Positions 19,477 through 30,076 are shown, counted from the stretch's first letter. The stretch is 64,000 nucleotides of DNA from Salinispira sp. (GCA_965602015.1 OZ271918.1:416001-480000); one strand, 5' to 3'. Translations and numbers: made by a program. Notes: a model not told the origin generated them from the letters alone.

Positions 19477-20376
19477 CTATCCCTTTACTGCGCCGGCGGC
19501 AAGATTTGAGATTATCTGCCGGGAAAAGAAAATAAAGGCGACTAAGAGCGGCAGTATGGAAAGGGCGGTTCCCAGCATTAGCCCTCCAAAATTACCGTCG
19601 CTTTGGCGAAACAGGGAGGAAAGGGCTACCGGCAAGGTCGTATTCCTCGTATCGGGAAGCATTACCAGGGCGCCGAGAAAGTTATTCCAGCTGCCGACAA
19701 AGGTTACCGTTCCGAGAATCGCTACGGCGGGCTTTGCCAGGGGAAAGACGACATGACGCAGCATTCCGAACTCACTCACTCCGTCGATTCTCGCGGCGAA
19801 CATCAGATCGGTTGGAACTGAGTCTTCAAGAAACTGCTTCATGAGAAAAATACCAAAGGCGCTGGCCATTCCCGGCACGAATAGAGGAAGCCAGGTACCG
19901 AACCAACCGAAGGCAACCATCATCCGGAAAAAGGGAATGATATTCAAGAATGGAGGTATGGCGAGGGTCATAACAACGAACATCAGTATTGCGTTTTTTC
20001 CTTTGAAATCATATTTCGCAAACGCGAATCCTCCCAGGGTTGAAAAGAATACCGTGGTGGTCGTGGCAAGTACTGCAATGCCGAGGCTATTGTAAAACGA
20101 CTTGAGAAAACGTATTTGGCTGGTCAAAGCGGTAAAATTCGCCGTTAATGACGGGCCGAACCAGCTATGCGGCGGGTTAGCGAACGGGACCGCATGGGTC
20201 GCAAGGACAAAGACGTAGAAGAACGGAAAAATAAACAGAAATGCAATGAAAGCCAGAAAAAGGTATTTGATTATGGTTCCGATTCGTACGTTGATCTTTT
20301 TCCGGCGAGGGCCGATTGCCCCGGCAGTGACCGACGGGGAAGCCCCGACAGCGGTATTGTGGTTGCTGGTACTCAT
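19477..20376 (-). CDS. Carbohydrate ABC transporter permease
   Basis: GGFAFAKYDFKGK, AARIDG, AGAVKG C-terminus. Confidence 0.93.
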   Translation of the reverse strand: MSTSNHNTAVGASPSVTAGAIGPRRKKINVRIGTIIKYLFLAFIAFLFIFPFFYVFVLATHAVPFANPPHSWFGPSLTANFTALTSQIRFLKSFYNSLGIAVLATTTTVFFSTLGGFAFAKYDFKGKNAILMFVVMTLAIPPFLNIIPFFRMMVAFGWFGTWLPLFVPGMASAFGIFLMKQFLEDSVPTDLMFAARIDGVSEFGMLRHVVFPLAKPAVAILGTVTFVGSWNNFLGALVMLPDTRNTTLPVALSSLFRQSDGNFGGLMLGTALSILPLLVAFIFFSRQIISNLAAGAVKG

Positions 20377-20483
20377 GTTCCCCCCTCAGCCGGCTGCTCT
20401 TTCGAGCCGGCTCTCTGAACAGCGCCGGCGGCAGTGCCCCGCCGCCGGTAAGCTGTTGTGAACGGGCCGTGTTTGCGCCCGGA

Positions 20484-21770
20484 CTATTGAATTGTGGCGA
20501 TTATTTGAGCGCGAGCCTCGTCATACGCTTCCTCAATTCCCAATTCACCGGTGATTACGGAGATTACCGCATTGTTCCAAATTGAGAGGGCAGTGGCGTC
20601 GAACTCCGAAACCACGGTGGTGGGCATGGATTCCGCGACATCTGCGAATATTTCCCGAACCGGTTGATTTCCGAAGTAGGCGACGGGTTCGCTCATGATC
20701 GGGTCGTCATATGTAGTGGTGAGCGCAGGATATGCGTCAATGGTGGCAAATGTGGTCAGCTGGGCAACCTCGCTGGTGGTGAGGTATTTGATGATTTCCC
20801 AGGCGACTGCCTTTTGGTCATCGGGTACCATTTCGGGTATGCCGAGGTATGTTCCGCCGAGGGCCGCAGGAAACCGTCCCGGTAGATAGGTTATTCTCCA
20901 GTCATCCACTTCGGGAGCCATCCAGGTGCGAAGAGCGCCGCCGAACCATGCGCCGTTCACCATAAGCGCAACGTCGCCGTTCTTGAAGCTTTCGGTCCAG
21001 GGACCAGACCATGCGCCGTAATCCGCATCGACGCCGGCTTCGCGAATTGCCGATACGAGTTCAAGGGCGTTAATGAATTTTTCCTTCGGCTCAAGCGGCC
21101 GATTATCTATGAACCAGTCGCCTTTTCCGCCGTTGAGCGGCACCAGCGCGACGTCATTCGGATGGCTGAAGGCAATTTGACCGGCGTCCCGCAGCTCAGT
21201 CGCTATGTCGAGTATGTCGTCCCAGCTTTGGGCGTCGATGACGTCCTGAGGATCAACACCGGCGGCTTCGAGCAGGCTTTCCCGGTAGAACATGACAGCA
21301 GGAGCTATGTCAACCGGCATGGCGACAAGGCGTCCGGTTCGGGTGGTCGCATTTGACATGGCAAAATCAACGAGATCTGCGCCGGCTTCGACGCCGTTGA
21401 AGGGTTCCACTGAAAGATCCGAGAGACCGCCGCCTTCGACGAACTGGGCGATGAATCCCACCTCAAGAGCTTCGATATCGTTGGTTGCTTCCTTAGCCGC
21501 CAAAACGGTGGTCAACCTGTCGTGGTGTCCCCCGAAATCGCTGGTCTGGAAGGTGATCGTCACATTGGGGAATTTTTCCTTAAAGTCATCGGTGGCGAAT
21601 ACCGCGGTATAAGCCGCCTCCAGGTCGCCGTACAGACCGATGCTGATTTCATATTCCTGGTTCGGATCGTATGCCGCGATGTCGCTGCTGGCAGCTCCGC
21701 CTCCGCAGCCGCTAAATAAAATGGTTATCCCGATAAAAAGGATAACGGTGGCCGAAATGAGTCTCCTCAT
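20484..21770 (-). CDS. Carbohydrate ABC substrate-binding lipoprotein
   Basis: Lipobox LFSGC; family 1 SBP features (AMPVDIAP..MFYR, GGTYLGIP); start after AAAGGGAGG RBS. Confidence 0.9.
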   Translation of the reverse strand: MRRLISATVILFIGITILFSGCGGGAASSDIAAYDPNQEYEISIGLYGDLEAAYTAVFATDDFKEKFPNVTITFQTSDFGGHHDRLTTVLAAKEATNDIEALEVGFIAQFVEGGGLSDLSVEPFNGVEAGADLVDFAMSNATTRTGRLVAMPVDIAPAVMFYRESLLEAAGVDPQDVIDAQSWDDILDIATELRDAGQIAFSHPNDVALVPLNGGKGDWFIDNRPLEPKEKFINALELVSAIREAGVDADYGAWSGPWTESFKNGDVALMVNGAWFGGALRTWMAPEVDDWRITYLPGRFPAALGGTYLGIPEMVPDDQKAVAWEIIKYLTTSEVAQLTTFATIDAYPALTTTYDDPIMSEPVAYFGNQPVREIFADVAESMPTTVVSEFDATALSIWNNAVISVITGELGIEEAYDEARAQIIATIQ

Positions 21771-21811
21771 CGCAAACCTCCCTTTCTGATGTGGTATGCC
21801 GCCGAAGCGGA

Positions 21812-21890
21812 TTAGTTGATGCAATCAACTAAATAAGATCATCCCACGGTTTTTTTTCTTTGTCAATGAATAAGTTTCCCAAAAAAACAA
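21812..21890 (-). promoter_or_regulatory. Promoter of the laminarin ABC operon with two candidate ROK operators
   Basis: Perfect palindrome TTAGTTGAT-GCA-ATCAACTAA at 21812-21832; AAGTTT-N7-AAACAA at 21872-21890; TTGACA on the minus strand at 21861-21866. Confidence 0.7.
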
Positions 21891-21972
21891 ATAGAATTCC
21901 AATATAGACCGATTTCACGGGCGTACAGGGAGCGGGGAGAGTAATCATCAGGATTGTATGGTTTCGGCGGTA

Positions 21973-23157
21973 TTATGCGTCTTCTAAGGTCATTCGCAAG
22001 AGTTCAATGCCGTAGGGGTAACTACCGCTGTATTCCTCATGGACATCCGGTACGGAGTACAGTCTGTTGAGGAAGTAGGCCGCGGCGCCGGTGGCCACCG
22101 CATGTGTCGCGTCATCTGAGAAATCAATGGAACAGCTTATCGGGCTGTCATACGTCCAATTGCTTTGAATTGCCTCTGCTAGCTGATCGAGCAGGTAACC
22201 CGCATCGAGTAAAAAATCCCCAAAGAATCTCACATGGGTGATGTTGAGGGTGTTGACCAGAAGTGCAAGGTTTCCGCTCAGTTCACGCATGGCTTTTTTC
22301 CAGACATCCATGTCGGTGTGCAGCCGGCTCACCTCTTCGGCAGTAATCCCCAATTGAGTCGGATTGGGATTATCCGGATTTTTAAATATCGATTGGAACT
22401 CCCCGGCGGTGAAATTATCGCCGTGAAGGACGCTGTCTTTGATTACCAACCCCAGGCCTAGGCCCAGACCCTCGATATCGCTCTGGTTCTCCGATTTTCC
22501 CATCCCGGTTCTTCGGAATTCTCCCAGCACGCAGAGAAAGTTTCGGTCATGCTTTGTACGCTTTTGCATTATGACGTTTAGGCAACAGCAATTGGCGTCA
22601 TTCTCTATGACCATCGGGAACTCCAGTCTGTGTTCCAAGCGTTCATGGATGTCCAGGGGTTCTCTTATGTTGAGTGGATTGGAAGAGATAATGACTCCCT
22701 CGTAAGGATTAATCTGGCCGGACAGCCCGACGCCCAGGCCAAGCACTCGCCTTCCCAGATCCTGTTGGCTGCGGGAGCATTCCTCTATAGCTTCCCAGAG
22801 GACGTTCTCAAGTTCGCTGCCGGGTTCGATGGGCCTGCCGGTGTACCGGTCAATAACCTCACCCACGGGATTGACGGCCACGGCATTCCAGGAATCCGTC
22901 CGGATCTCAATGCCGAGGATCACTCCTAATTCGGGGTTAATGAACAGGCCCGTAGGCCGACGACCCTTGCCTTGAATGACATAGGACTGGTCCGCGAGAA
23001 TGAGCAGACCTTCTTCAAGGAGGGAGTTAACTATTTTGGTAATGGTGGACTTGTTCAGGTTTAATTCCCGGGATAGGTCTATTCGGCTGATGCCGGCATT
23101 CGACCACACGGCGTGGAGGATTCGCGTCGCATTGATGCTCACATCCAGGAGCGGCAT
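21973..23157 (-). CDS. ROK family transcriptional repressor
   Basis: N-terminal HTH (ISRIDLSRELNLNKSTITKIV), GRRP, GLGVGLSG, IENDAN, AGEF. Confidence 0.92.
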   Translation of the reverse strand: MPLLDVSINATRILHAVWSNAGISRIDLSRELNLNKSTITKIVNSLLEEGLLILADQSYVIQGKGRRPTGLFINPELGVILGIEIRTDSWNAVAVNPVGEVIDRYTGRPIEPGSELENVLWEAIEECSRSQQDLGRRVLGLGVGLSGQINPYEGVIISSNPLNIREPLDIHERLEHRLEFPMVIENDANCCCLNVIMQKRTKHDRNFLCVLGEFRRTGMGKSENQSDIEGLGLGLGLVIKDSVLHGDNFTAGEFQSIFKNPDNPNPTQLGITAEEVSRLHTDMDVWKKAMRELSGNLALLVNTLNITHVRFFGDFLLDAGYLLDQLAEAIQSNWTYDSPISCSIDFSDDATHAVATGAAAYFLNRLYSVPDVHEEYSGSYPYGIELLRMTLEDA

Positions 23158-23167
23158 AATACCCCCT

Positions 23168-23242
23168 TTGTTTCTTTAAGCAACTTTTTCATCATCACCC
23201 CTTACACTCAGCTTGTCAATGTAAAGTTTCTCTTGTAAACTT
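23168..23242. promoter_or_regulatory. Divergent promoter region with two further candidate ROK operators
   Basis: TTGTTT-N7-CAACTT at 23168-23186; AAGTTT-N7-AAACTT at 23224-23242; TTGACA on the minus strand at 23214-23219. Confidence 0.65.
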
Positions 23243-23274
23243 AATAACCATCCAATCGTACCAGGAGCCTTCAC

Positions 23275-26200
23275 ATGAAACGTCCCCAAAGCACAACACA
23301 GCTCGGCAATTGCCCGATTATCGCCGGGAAAACCTCGGTCACCGGGGCCATAGTAGAAGAGGCCGGCAAACTCTGGTATCGCATCTCGAATTACGATGCC
23401 ATGGAAGCCTTCTTCATGACATTGACCAATCCGGGAAATCTGTGGTTTTTCATTTCCAGCACCGGCGGGTTTACCGCAGGCCGGATAGACCGTGACCATG
23501 CTCTATTCCCGTATACCACTGATGACCGGGTTCGGGACGGTCACGTGCACAGCGGTTCCATTACCCAGTTCCTCGTCGGAGACGCGAAAAAAATGTGGCA
23601 GCCGCTTCAATGGAACACCCCGGGCTTGTACGAGACGAGCCGTAATATATATAAATCTGAACTCGGTGACGCATTGATTTTCGAGGAAATCAACAGCTCA
23701 CTTGAGCTTGTTTTTCGCCTGCGCTATGAGACGAGCCCCCGCTTCGGGATTGTTCGACATTGCAGCCTAAAAAACCTGAGCGATACGGCTGTGGAAATCA
23801 GCTATCTCGACGGTTTGCGCAACATCCTGCCATCCGGAGCCCAATACCGAACCCAGGAATCTTACTCCAATCTGTTGGATGCATACAAGCGCAGCGAACT
23901 AGAGCAAAGCAGTCGGGTCGGCGTATACGCCCTCAGCGCTACCCTTACCGATCAGGCAGAGCCGAGCGAAAAGCTGCTGGCCAACGTGCTGTGGTCATAT
24001 GGCCTGCAGGATTCCCTCGTCCTGCTTTCCGACGATCAGATCCCGGCTTTTTCCAAGGGTTACCCGTTAACTCCGGAGACCGATATCCTGGGTCAGCGTG
24101 GTGCGTATATCATCAATGGACGCATGCAAGTGGACGCGGGCGGCAAGGCCGAGTGGGGCATGGTGGGAGATGTTGATTTTGATCACTCCAAGCTTGTTTC
24201 CCTTATCGATAGTCTCAACGATGGGGAGGCGTTGTTAGGTGAACTGCGGGCCGATATCGCCCTCTCATCCACCAAGCTGGCTGAGATAATAGAAGCCCAC
24301 GACGGGAATCAGATTGTCGGCAGTCCGGAAAGCGCAATGCACCATAAAGCGAATATCCTATTTAATCTGATGCGCGGAGGTTATTTTTCTGAAGGCTATA
24401 AAATTAGCCGGCAGAATTTTCGCGCCTTCGTCAGAGACTGGAATGCGCCATTGGCTGAAATATGGGATAAAAAAATCATCGACGGCCTTCCCCTGCGGTT
24501 CAGCACCCGCCGCTTGCGCAGCTTCGCAGAGGACAGCGGTGATCCGGATCTGCACCGGCTGAGCATGGAATATCTCCCGCTGACCTTCAGTCGCCGGCAC
24601 GGCGATCCCAGCCGTCCCTGGAACATGTTTTCGATCCGCACTATGGATGCCGACGGTAAACCGGCGATCGGCTATCAGGGCAACTGGCGGGATATTTTTC
24701 AGAATTGGGAGGCGTTGTCGGCAAGCTATCCCGGGTATCTGCCCCAAATCATAACGAAATTTCTCAATGCCACGACTATCGACGGGTATAATCCATACCG
24801 CATATCCCAGCACGGGGTGGACTGGGAAGCTCCCGAACCCGACGACCCCTGGGGCAATATCGGCTATTGGAGCGATCATCAGATTGTCTACCTTTCCCGG
24901 CTGCTCGAGCAGCTCGAGCATTACCTTCCCGGCACCATGGCCGATCTCCTGGCCGCTGATAATTATGTGTTTCCACATGTGCCCTATCGAATCGCAGGCT
25001 GGCAGGCGATTAGAAAGGATCCCTATAATACCATCAGCTTCGATGAGAATTTGCACCGGGAGCTCATTGCGCGGAGCAAATCCATTGGTGCCGACGGCAA
25101 GCTGCTTTTAAACGCATCAGGGGTGCCCCTGCGAGTGGGATGTATGGCGAAGCTGTTGATTCTGTTTTTGGCCAAACTCGGGAATTATGTTCCCGGCGGC
25201 GGCATATGGATGAATACCCAACGGCCGGAATGGAATGACGCGAACAATGCTCTTGCGGGCTGGGGGCTCTCAATGGTGACCCTCTATTATTTGCAAAGCT
25301 ACATCGATGTAATTCTCAAAATAATGGATGAGCTTGAGGTCGTCAGTTTGCCCGGCATTCTCGCCGAATGGCTTGAGACTTCGGCCTCGATACTGGAAGG
25401 CGCCCAGGCGAACAGCGTCAAAGATCCGAGCGCCCGCTACCGCGTATTAAGCGCTTTGGGCACGGCCGCCTCCGCATATAGAGAACAGGCGTACGGGGGT
25501 ATATCCGCCGATAATGCGGTGCAGTTCTCAGCAGAGCGCATGGCCTCCTTCTTCAACGATTGCCGGCGGAGCTTCGGCCAGACCATTGCGCACAGCATGA
25601 GGGAAGACGGAACCTTCGAGTCATATCAGATTCTTCGGCTCGAAGGCGATCGGGCAATGGTAGAACGGCTGTATCCCATGCTCGAAGGTCAAGTCGCAGG
25701 ACTTTCTCTCCACGGTCAAGACCCCGAGGCTCTTTTGAGGATATTGGACAAGATGAAATCCGGTCCGCTGTATCGCGAAGACCAGAAATCCTACATGTTA
25801 TATCCCAACAGACGCCTGCCGGGTTTCCTGTCCAAAAACAGAATACGCGAATCGATGATTAGGGAGTACTTTGACCGGAATGAGCTATCAGCTCTTGTTC
25901 CCCATATCCTGACCAGGGACTGTAGGGGCGACTACCATTTCCCCGGCCATTACCGTAACGCAAAAGACCTGAAGGCGGATTCCCGCGGGATGGACGGCGA
26001 GCTTGCCGGGAAATTACAGCAGCTCTTTGAAGAAACGTTTCACCACAGTGCCTTTACCGGCCGGTCCGGAACCTTTTTTGCCTATGAGGGTCTGGGAAGC
26101 ATTTATTGGCATATGGTTTCCAAGCTGCTGTTGGCGGTGCAGGAGCGCCTGGTCGAAGCCCGGCTCGACGGCGAAGAACCGGAGCTGCTGGGGAGAATGA

Positions 26201-26637
26201 AGTCGGCTTATGCCGATATTCGAAGAGGCCTGGGTTTTGTCCGGAATCCGAAAGAATACGGAGCATTTCCCACCGATCCCTATTCCCACACGCCCTGGGG
26301 CAGGGGCGCGCGTCAGCCCGGAATGACCGGCCAGGTCAAGGAAGAAGTGCTCACCCGACCCGTGGAACTCGGAGCTGTGATCCGCAAGGGCAAAATCGTT
26401 TTTCTCCCCGAACTGATTCTCGATGATCAGTGGCGTGAGCCCGAGGGCCGCATAGGCTTCAGCATATGCGGAGTGCCGGTTACCATCAAACGCGGTGATA
26501 AAAGCGAGATGGTTATTCACCGGGAAAACGGCGTCCGGATGAAGCGAAGTATCCTCCAGGTGCCGAGCGAAGTAAGCCGGGAGATTTTCTGGAGGAGCGG
26601 AAGCGTGCTGGCAATTGATGTACAGGTGAAAGTCTGA
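23275..26637 (+). CDS. GH149 family beta-1,3-glucan phosphorylase
   Basis: 1120 aa. The N-terminal YRISNYDAM..FFM.....WFFISS.GG.TAGR.....ALFPY.TDD and the motifs SRRHGDPSRPWN, YQGNWRDIFQNWE and YEGLGSIYWHM match my recollection of GH149. Located in a GH16 locus. Confidence 0.85.
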   Translation: MKRPQSTTQLGNCPIIAGKTSVTGAIVEEAGKLWYRISNYDAMEAFFMTLTNPGNLWFFISSTGGFTAGRIDRDHALFPYTTDDRVRDGHVHSGSITQFLVGDAKKMWQPLQWNTPGLYETSRNIYKSELGDALIFEEINSSLELVFRLRYETSPRFGIVRHCSLKNLSDTAVEISYLDGLRNILPSGAQYRTQESYSNLLDAYKRSELEQSSRVGVYALSATLTDQAEPSEKLLANVLWSYGLQDSLVLLSDDQIPAFSKGYPLTPETDILGQRGAYIINGRMQVDAGGKAEWGMVGDVDFDHSKLVSLIDSLNDGEALLGELRADIALSSTKLAEIIEAHDGNQIVGSPESAMHHKANILFNLMRGGYFSEGYKISRQNFRAFVRDWNAPLAEIWDKKIIDGLPLRFSTRRLRSFAEDSGDPDLHRLSMEYLPLTFSRRHGDPSRPWNMFSIRTMDADGKPAIGYQGNWRDIFQNWEALSASYPGYLPQIITKFLNATTIDGYNPYRISQHGVDWEAPEPDDPWGNIGYWSDHQIVYLSRLLEQLEHYLPGTMADLLAADNYVFPHVPYRIAGWQAIRKDPYNTISFDENLHRELIARSKSIGADGKLLLNASGVPLRVGCMAKLLILFLAKLGNYVPGGGIWMNTQRPEWNDANNALAGWGLSMVTLYYLQSYIDVILKIMDELEVVSLPGILAEWLETSASILEGAQANSVKDPSARYRVLSALGTAASAYREQAYGGISADNAVQFSAERMASFFNDCRRSFGQTIAHSMREDGTFESYQILRLEGDRAMVERLYPMLEGQVAGLSLHGQDPEALLRILDKMKSGPLYREDQKSYMLYPNRRLPGFLSKNRIRESMIREYFDRNELSALVPHILTRDCRGDYHFPGHYRNAKDLKADSRGMDGELAGKLQQLFEETFHHSAFTGRSGTFFAYEGLGSIYWHMVSKLLLAVQERLVEARLDGEEPELLGRMKSAYADIRRGLGFVRNPKEYGAFPTDPYSHTPWGRGARQPGMTGQVKEEVLTRPVELGAVIRKGKIVFLPELILDDQWREPEGRIGFSICGVPVTIKRGDKSEMVIHRENGVRMKRSILQVPSEVSREIFWRSGSVLAIDVQVKV

Positions 26638-26698
26638 TTTGCTTGTTGCCGGGGCGATCTGCTCTGGCAACTGCTGCTGCACAGTACGCGATTCTCAT

Positions 26699-28798
26699 TT
26701 AGCTGGTCCGGTAACCCAGGGGATACTCCAGAATTCTCGTCTGCCCGGCGGAGAGCAAGACCTTCCCTTCATCGGAAACCGGATGGTCGTCATGCAGGCA
26801 ATCGCCGATGCTCCCAAACGCCGCAACTTCGCTGAAAGCGCTTTTTTTCAGGCTGATGACCTGGGCATCTCCGAAATTTATCAGGAAGAGATACTCGGTA
26901 TCCGGACCTCGGCGCAGCAGGACCTCCACATCGCCTTTTTTCTGTCCGGATTCGGTGCCCGCTACATCCGAGACTATCGACTCGACTCCTGCGGCCGTGC
27001 AAAAAATGGAAACCAGATATCGGTTCCAATCAGCCTCACCCAGGCAGCCGGAATACCAGAACTCCCCCGATCCGACTGGGTTAACTGTAAGGGCCCCCCG
27101 GCCCGCGAAGGGTCCCTCGCTAATTTCAGCCAGCACCCGGGCGCCGTCAGCCGTGAGCGGTTCGAACCACCGGCTTGCACTAAAGGTTCTCCCCTCCGCA
27201 GTTATACCTAGCATTTTGCCCTCGGGCAGGGGACAGAATTCCGTGAAATGCATTCCGCAGAAATCTGCAAACCCTCCGGGGTAGCCCCCGGGGTACACGC
27301 CGTCTCCGGGGTCGACCATCCCCGACCAGGGACCGGCAAGAAAATGACCGCCGGCCTGGCAATACTCGCGAATGCGTTGAGCAGCCTCTGGTGAGACCAT
27401 ATGCAGTAGCGGCGCGGCAATTGCCGGGTACGCTGAAAAATCCCCGTCGACGGAAATGATGTCAACCGGGATGTGCAGTTCCCGGAAACCCCGGTAAATC
27501 CGGTCTATGGCGTCGAGATATCTGAGTTCCGTGCTGGGGCCCGGTTCGTATTCCGCCGACCACCAGCTTTGGTAATCGAAAACAATTGCCGCCCGGTTAT
27601 GCGAGCGGCTGCCCGAAAGCCCGGCCAGGTCAATCAGGCGACGCCCCAACCGGCTGATTTCCGTGAAGGTCCGCGAGTCATCCCGGCCGCTGTGGTCAAC
27701 CATTGCGCTGTGCCATTTTTCCGCCCCCCGGAGGCTTTGCCGCCATTGAAAGAACATAATCGCATCGGCCCCGTGGGCAAGGGCCTGATAGCTGAACCGC
27801 TCCATCATACCCGGCGGCTTTACCTGGTTTATCTTCCGCCAGTTCACCTGGCTTGAAGCCTGTTCCATGAGAATAAACGGCGCCCCGTTTCCCAGTCCCC
27901 GCATGATGTCGTGGTCCAGGGCGTTGTGGGCCGGGTCGTAATGGGAGTCAGGGTCGGGGTAGCTGTCCCAGCTGATAACGTCGACGTGGGGCGACCAGGC
28001 GAAGTAGTCCACGGGCTTGAAGCGCATCATAAAATTGGTGGTGACCGGTATTTCCGGGGTTATTTCCTTGAGAACCGCCCGTTCATTGAGGTAGCATTCC
28101 AGAAGGCTGTGAGACATGAATCTCCGGTAATCCAGAACATGGGCGGGGTTCCGCTGGGCGCTGCTCACCTTCGGCGCGGGTATTTGACTAAAATCTCCGT
28201 AGCTCTGGCTCCAAAACCTGGTACCCCAGGAGTCATTGAGGGCGCCGATGCTGCCGTACCGGTTTTTCAGCCAGCTCTGAAATTCGTCGCGGCAGGTATT
28301 GCAGTAACAGGCATCGGTGTGGCAGGCGTACTCGTTGTTTACATGCCAGAGTATCAGCGCCGGATGCTTGCCGTAGCGCTCGGCCATGCGCCGGGCCAGC
28401 GCGCCGCTCAGCCGGCGGAGATCGGGGTTGTTCGGACAGTAACTTTGACGGGAACCGTAGTTTACCCGCCGCCCGTACTCGTCTACCGGCAACACATCGG
28501 GGTAGGCCACCGACAGCCAGGGAGGCTGGCTGGCAGTGGCGGTAGCCAGATCGATGCTGATGCCCCCCCGGTGAAGCCGTTCGACTATGTCATCTAGCCA
28601 TTCGAAATCCCACCTGTCCTCCGCGGGCTGCAGCAGGGCCCAGGAGAAAATCCCCAGTGATACGCAGTTGACCCCGGCTTTTTGCATGAGCTCGATGTCC
28701 AGGTCCCACACTTCCCTGGGCCACTGCTCCGGATTGTAGTCGCCGCCGTAGAGAAGGCCATTGGGGGGGGCGAACCCGCGTTTTTTATCCCGTTGCAT
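26699..28798 (-). CDS. GH42 beta-galactosidase
   Basis: GGDYNPEQW, WHVNNEY (acid/base), Cys cluster CYCNTC, FILMEQ (nucleophile), FFQWR...GAEK.H. Confidence 0.95.
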   Translation of the reverse strand: MQRDKKRGFAPPNGLLYGGDYNPEQWPREVWDLDIELMQKAGVNCVSLGIFSWALLQPAEDRWDFEWLDDIVERLHRGGISIDLATATASQPPWLSVAYPDVLPVDEYGRRVNYGSRQSYCPNNPDLRRLSGALARRMAERYGKHPALILWHVNNEYACHTDACYCNTCRDEFQSWLKNRYGSIGALNDSWGTRFWSQSYGDFSQIPAPKVSSAQRNPAHVLDYRRFMSHSLLECYLNERAVLKEITPEIPVTTNFMMRFKPVDYFAWSPHVDVISWDSYPDPDSHYDPAHNALDHDIMRGLGNGAPFILMEQASSQVNWRKINQVKPPGMMERFSYQALAHGADAIMFFQWRQSLRGAEKWHSAMVDHSGRDDSRTFTEISRLGRRLIDLAGLSGSRSHNRAAIVFDYQSWWSAEYEPGPSTELRYLDAIDRIYRGFRELHIPVDIISVDGDFSAYPAIAAPLLHMVSPEAAQRIREYCQAGGHFLAGPWSGMVDPGDGVYPGGYPGGFADFCGMHFTEFCPLPEGKMLGITAEGRTFSASRWFEPLTADGARVLAEISEGPFAGRGALTVNPVGSGEFWYSGCLGEADWNRYLVSIFCTAAGVESIVSDVAGTESGQKKGDVEVLLRRGPDTEYLFLINFGDAQVISLKKSAFSEVAAFGSIGDCLHDDHPVSDEGKVLLSAGQTRILEYPLGYRTS

Positions 28799-28803
28799 TG
28801 TGG

Positions 28804-30066
28804 CTATCCCTTCAAACCGCTGGACATAATGCTCTTGAGGTAATACTTCTGCATGGAAATGAACACTATGACCGGGGGAATAATCGTCACCGCCGCACCG
28901 GCCAGAATGAGATTTAATTTATCCGATGCCCGGCCCTGGAGCTGACTTAAGGCGAGGGTGAGAACCGAATTGTCGCTGCCGATTTTTATGATTATCAGCG
29001 GCCACAGGAATGAATTCCATGCGTACAGGAAGGAGAATGTTGCCAGAGTCGCTATTCCCGGCATGACCGCGGGAATAAAGAGCTTGCGGAGCATAAGCCA
29101 GCGGGAAGCGCCGTCTATGTATGCCGCCTCCTCGAGCTCCTTTGGTATGGCCAGAAAGAACTGCCGCATGAGGAATGTACCGTACACCGTGAAAATCCAG
29201 GGAACAATAAGGGCTGTTGTGGTGTTTACCCAATCCAGGGCCTGCATTACCTGGTACAGCGGGATTATCAGCACCACGAAGGGGATCATGTAGGTCGCCA
29301 AATATAGCAAAAAGAGTTTGTCCCTCCCGGGGAATTTGAGCCGGGCAAACGCATAGCCGCCCATTATGCTTGTCAGAAGCTGGCCGGCCACCACCAAAAT
29401 GGTTACCAGGGTGGTGTTCGTCAAGGAGCGGTACAGACCCTGAAGTTCGAAAACCTCGACGTAATTTTCCGGATGGGCAGCCAGGCGTTCTACGGGGACC
29501 GAGAGCCTGATGTTGGCATAGTATCGGCGGTCGGAATCATCGAGAACCGCAAACTCCCCGACAGCAGTCTGGGAAATCCTGATCATGGGAATCACCTGAC
29601 CGTCGAGATTTACATCCCATAAACCGTACTCCGTACCCTCGAACATTACGGTTTCCTGATCTGCGAAAAATCCCCCCCGGGGCTCAATTTCTTCGCTGAA
29701 CAGGGTATAGCGGACCCCGCTGTTGGCCGGATCGAGGTATTCGCCGATTCTGATATTTCGGGCGACCAGGGCGGCTTCCAGCGATTGCGAGTCAGACGGC
29801 AGGCGAACCAATACCCCCCGGGCGTCTTCAGTAAATCGCTCGCTGGCCGCCAAATCGAACAACGGCAGGTCTTCACCGGCGCCTTCAATGCTTACCAGCA
29901 CCTGGTCCCGGGGCAGGAGCCTGGGGGGAACCCTGAAGGTATCTTCGGGAGTCTTGAGGCTGGAGCTGAGCATATAGGTGAAGGGGAAAAGCATAAACCA
30001 CGCCACAATTATCAGCAGCAGAATTACCGAGTAGTTTCGCAATCGGGTTTTTGTTTTTATAGTCAT
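28804..30066 (-). CDS. Carbohydrate ABC permease (MalG type) with a large extramembrane insertion
   Basis: GYAFARLKFPGRD, ELEEAAYIDGA, SGLKG end; long hydrophilic insert after TM1. Confidence 0.88.
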   Translation of the reverse strand: MTIKTKTRLRNYSVILLLIIVAWFMLFPFTYMLSSSLKTPEDTFRVPPRLLPRDQVLVSIEGAGEDLPLFDLAASERFTEDARGVLVRLPSDSQSLEAALVARNIRIGEYLDPANSGVRYTLFSEEIEPRGGFFADQETVMFEGTEYGLWDVNLDGQVIPMIRISQTAVGEFAVLDDSDRRYYANIRLSVPVERLAAHPENYVEVFELQGLYRSLTNTTLVTILVVAGQLLTSIMGGYAFARLKFPGRDKLFLLYLATYMIPFVVLIIPLYQVMQALDWVNTTTALIVPWIFTVYGTFLMRQFFLAIPKELEEAAYIDGASRWLMLRKLFIPAVMPGIATLATFSFLYAWNSFLWPLIIIKIGSDNSVLTLALSQLQGRASDKLNLILAGAAVTIIPPVIVFISMQKYYLKSIMSSGLKG

Positions 30067-30076
30067 GGTAATCACC

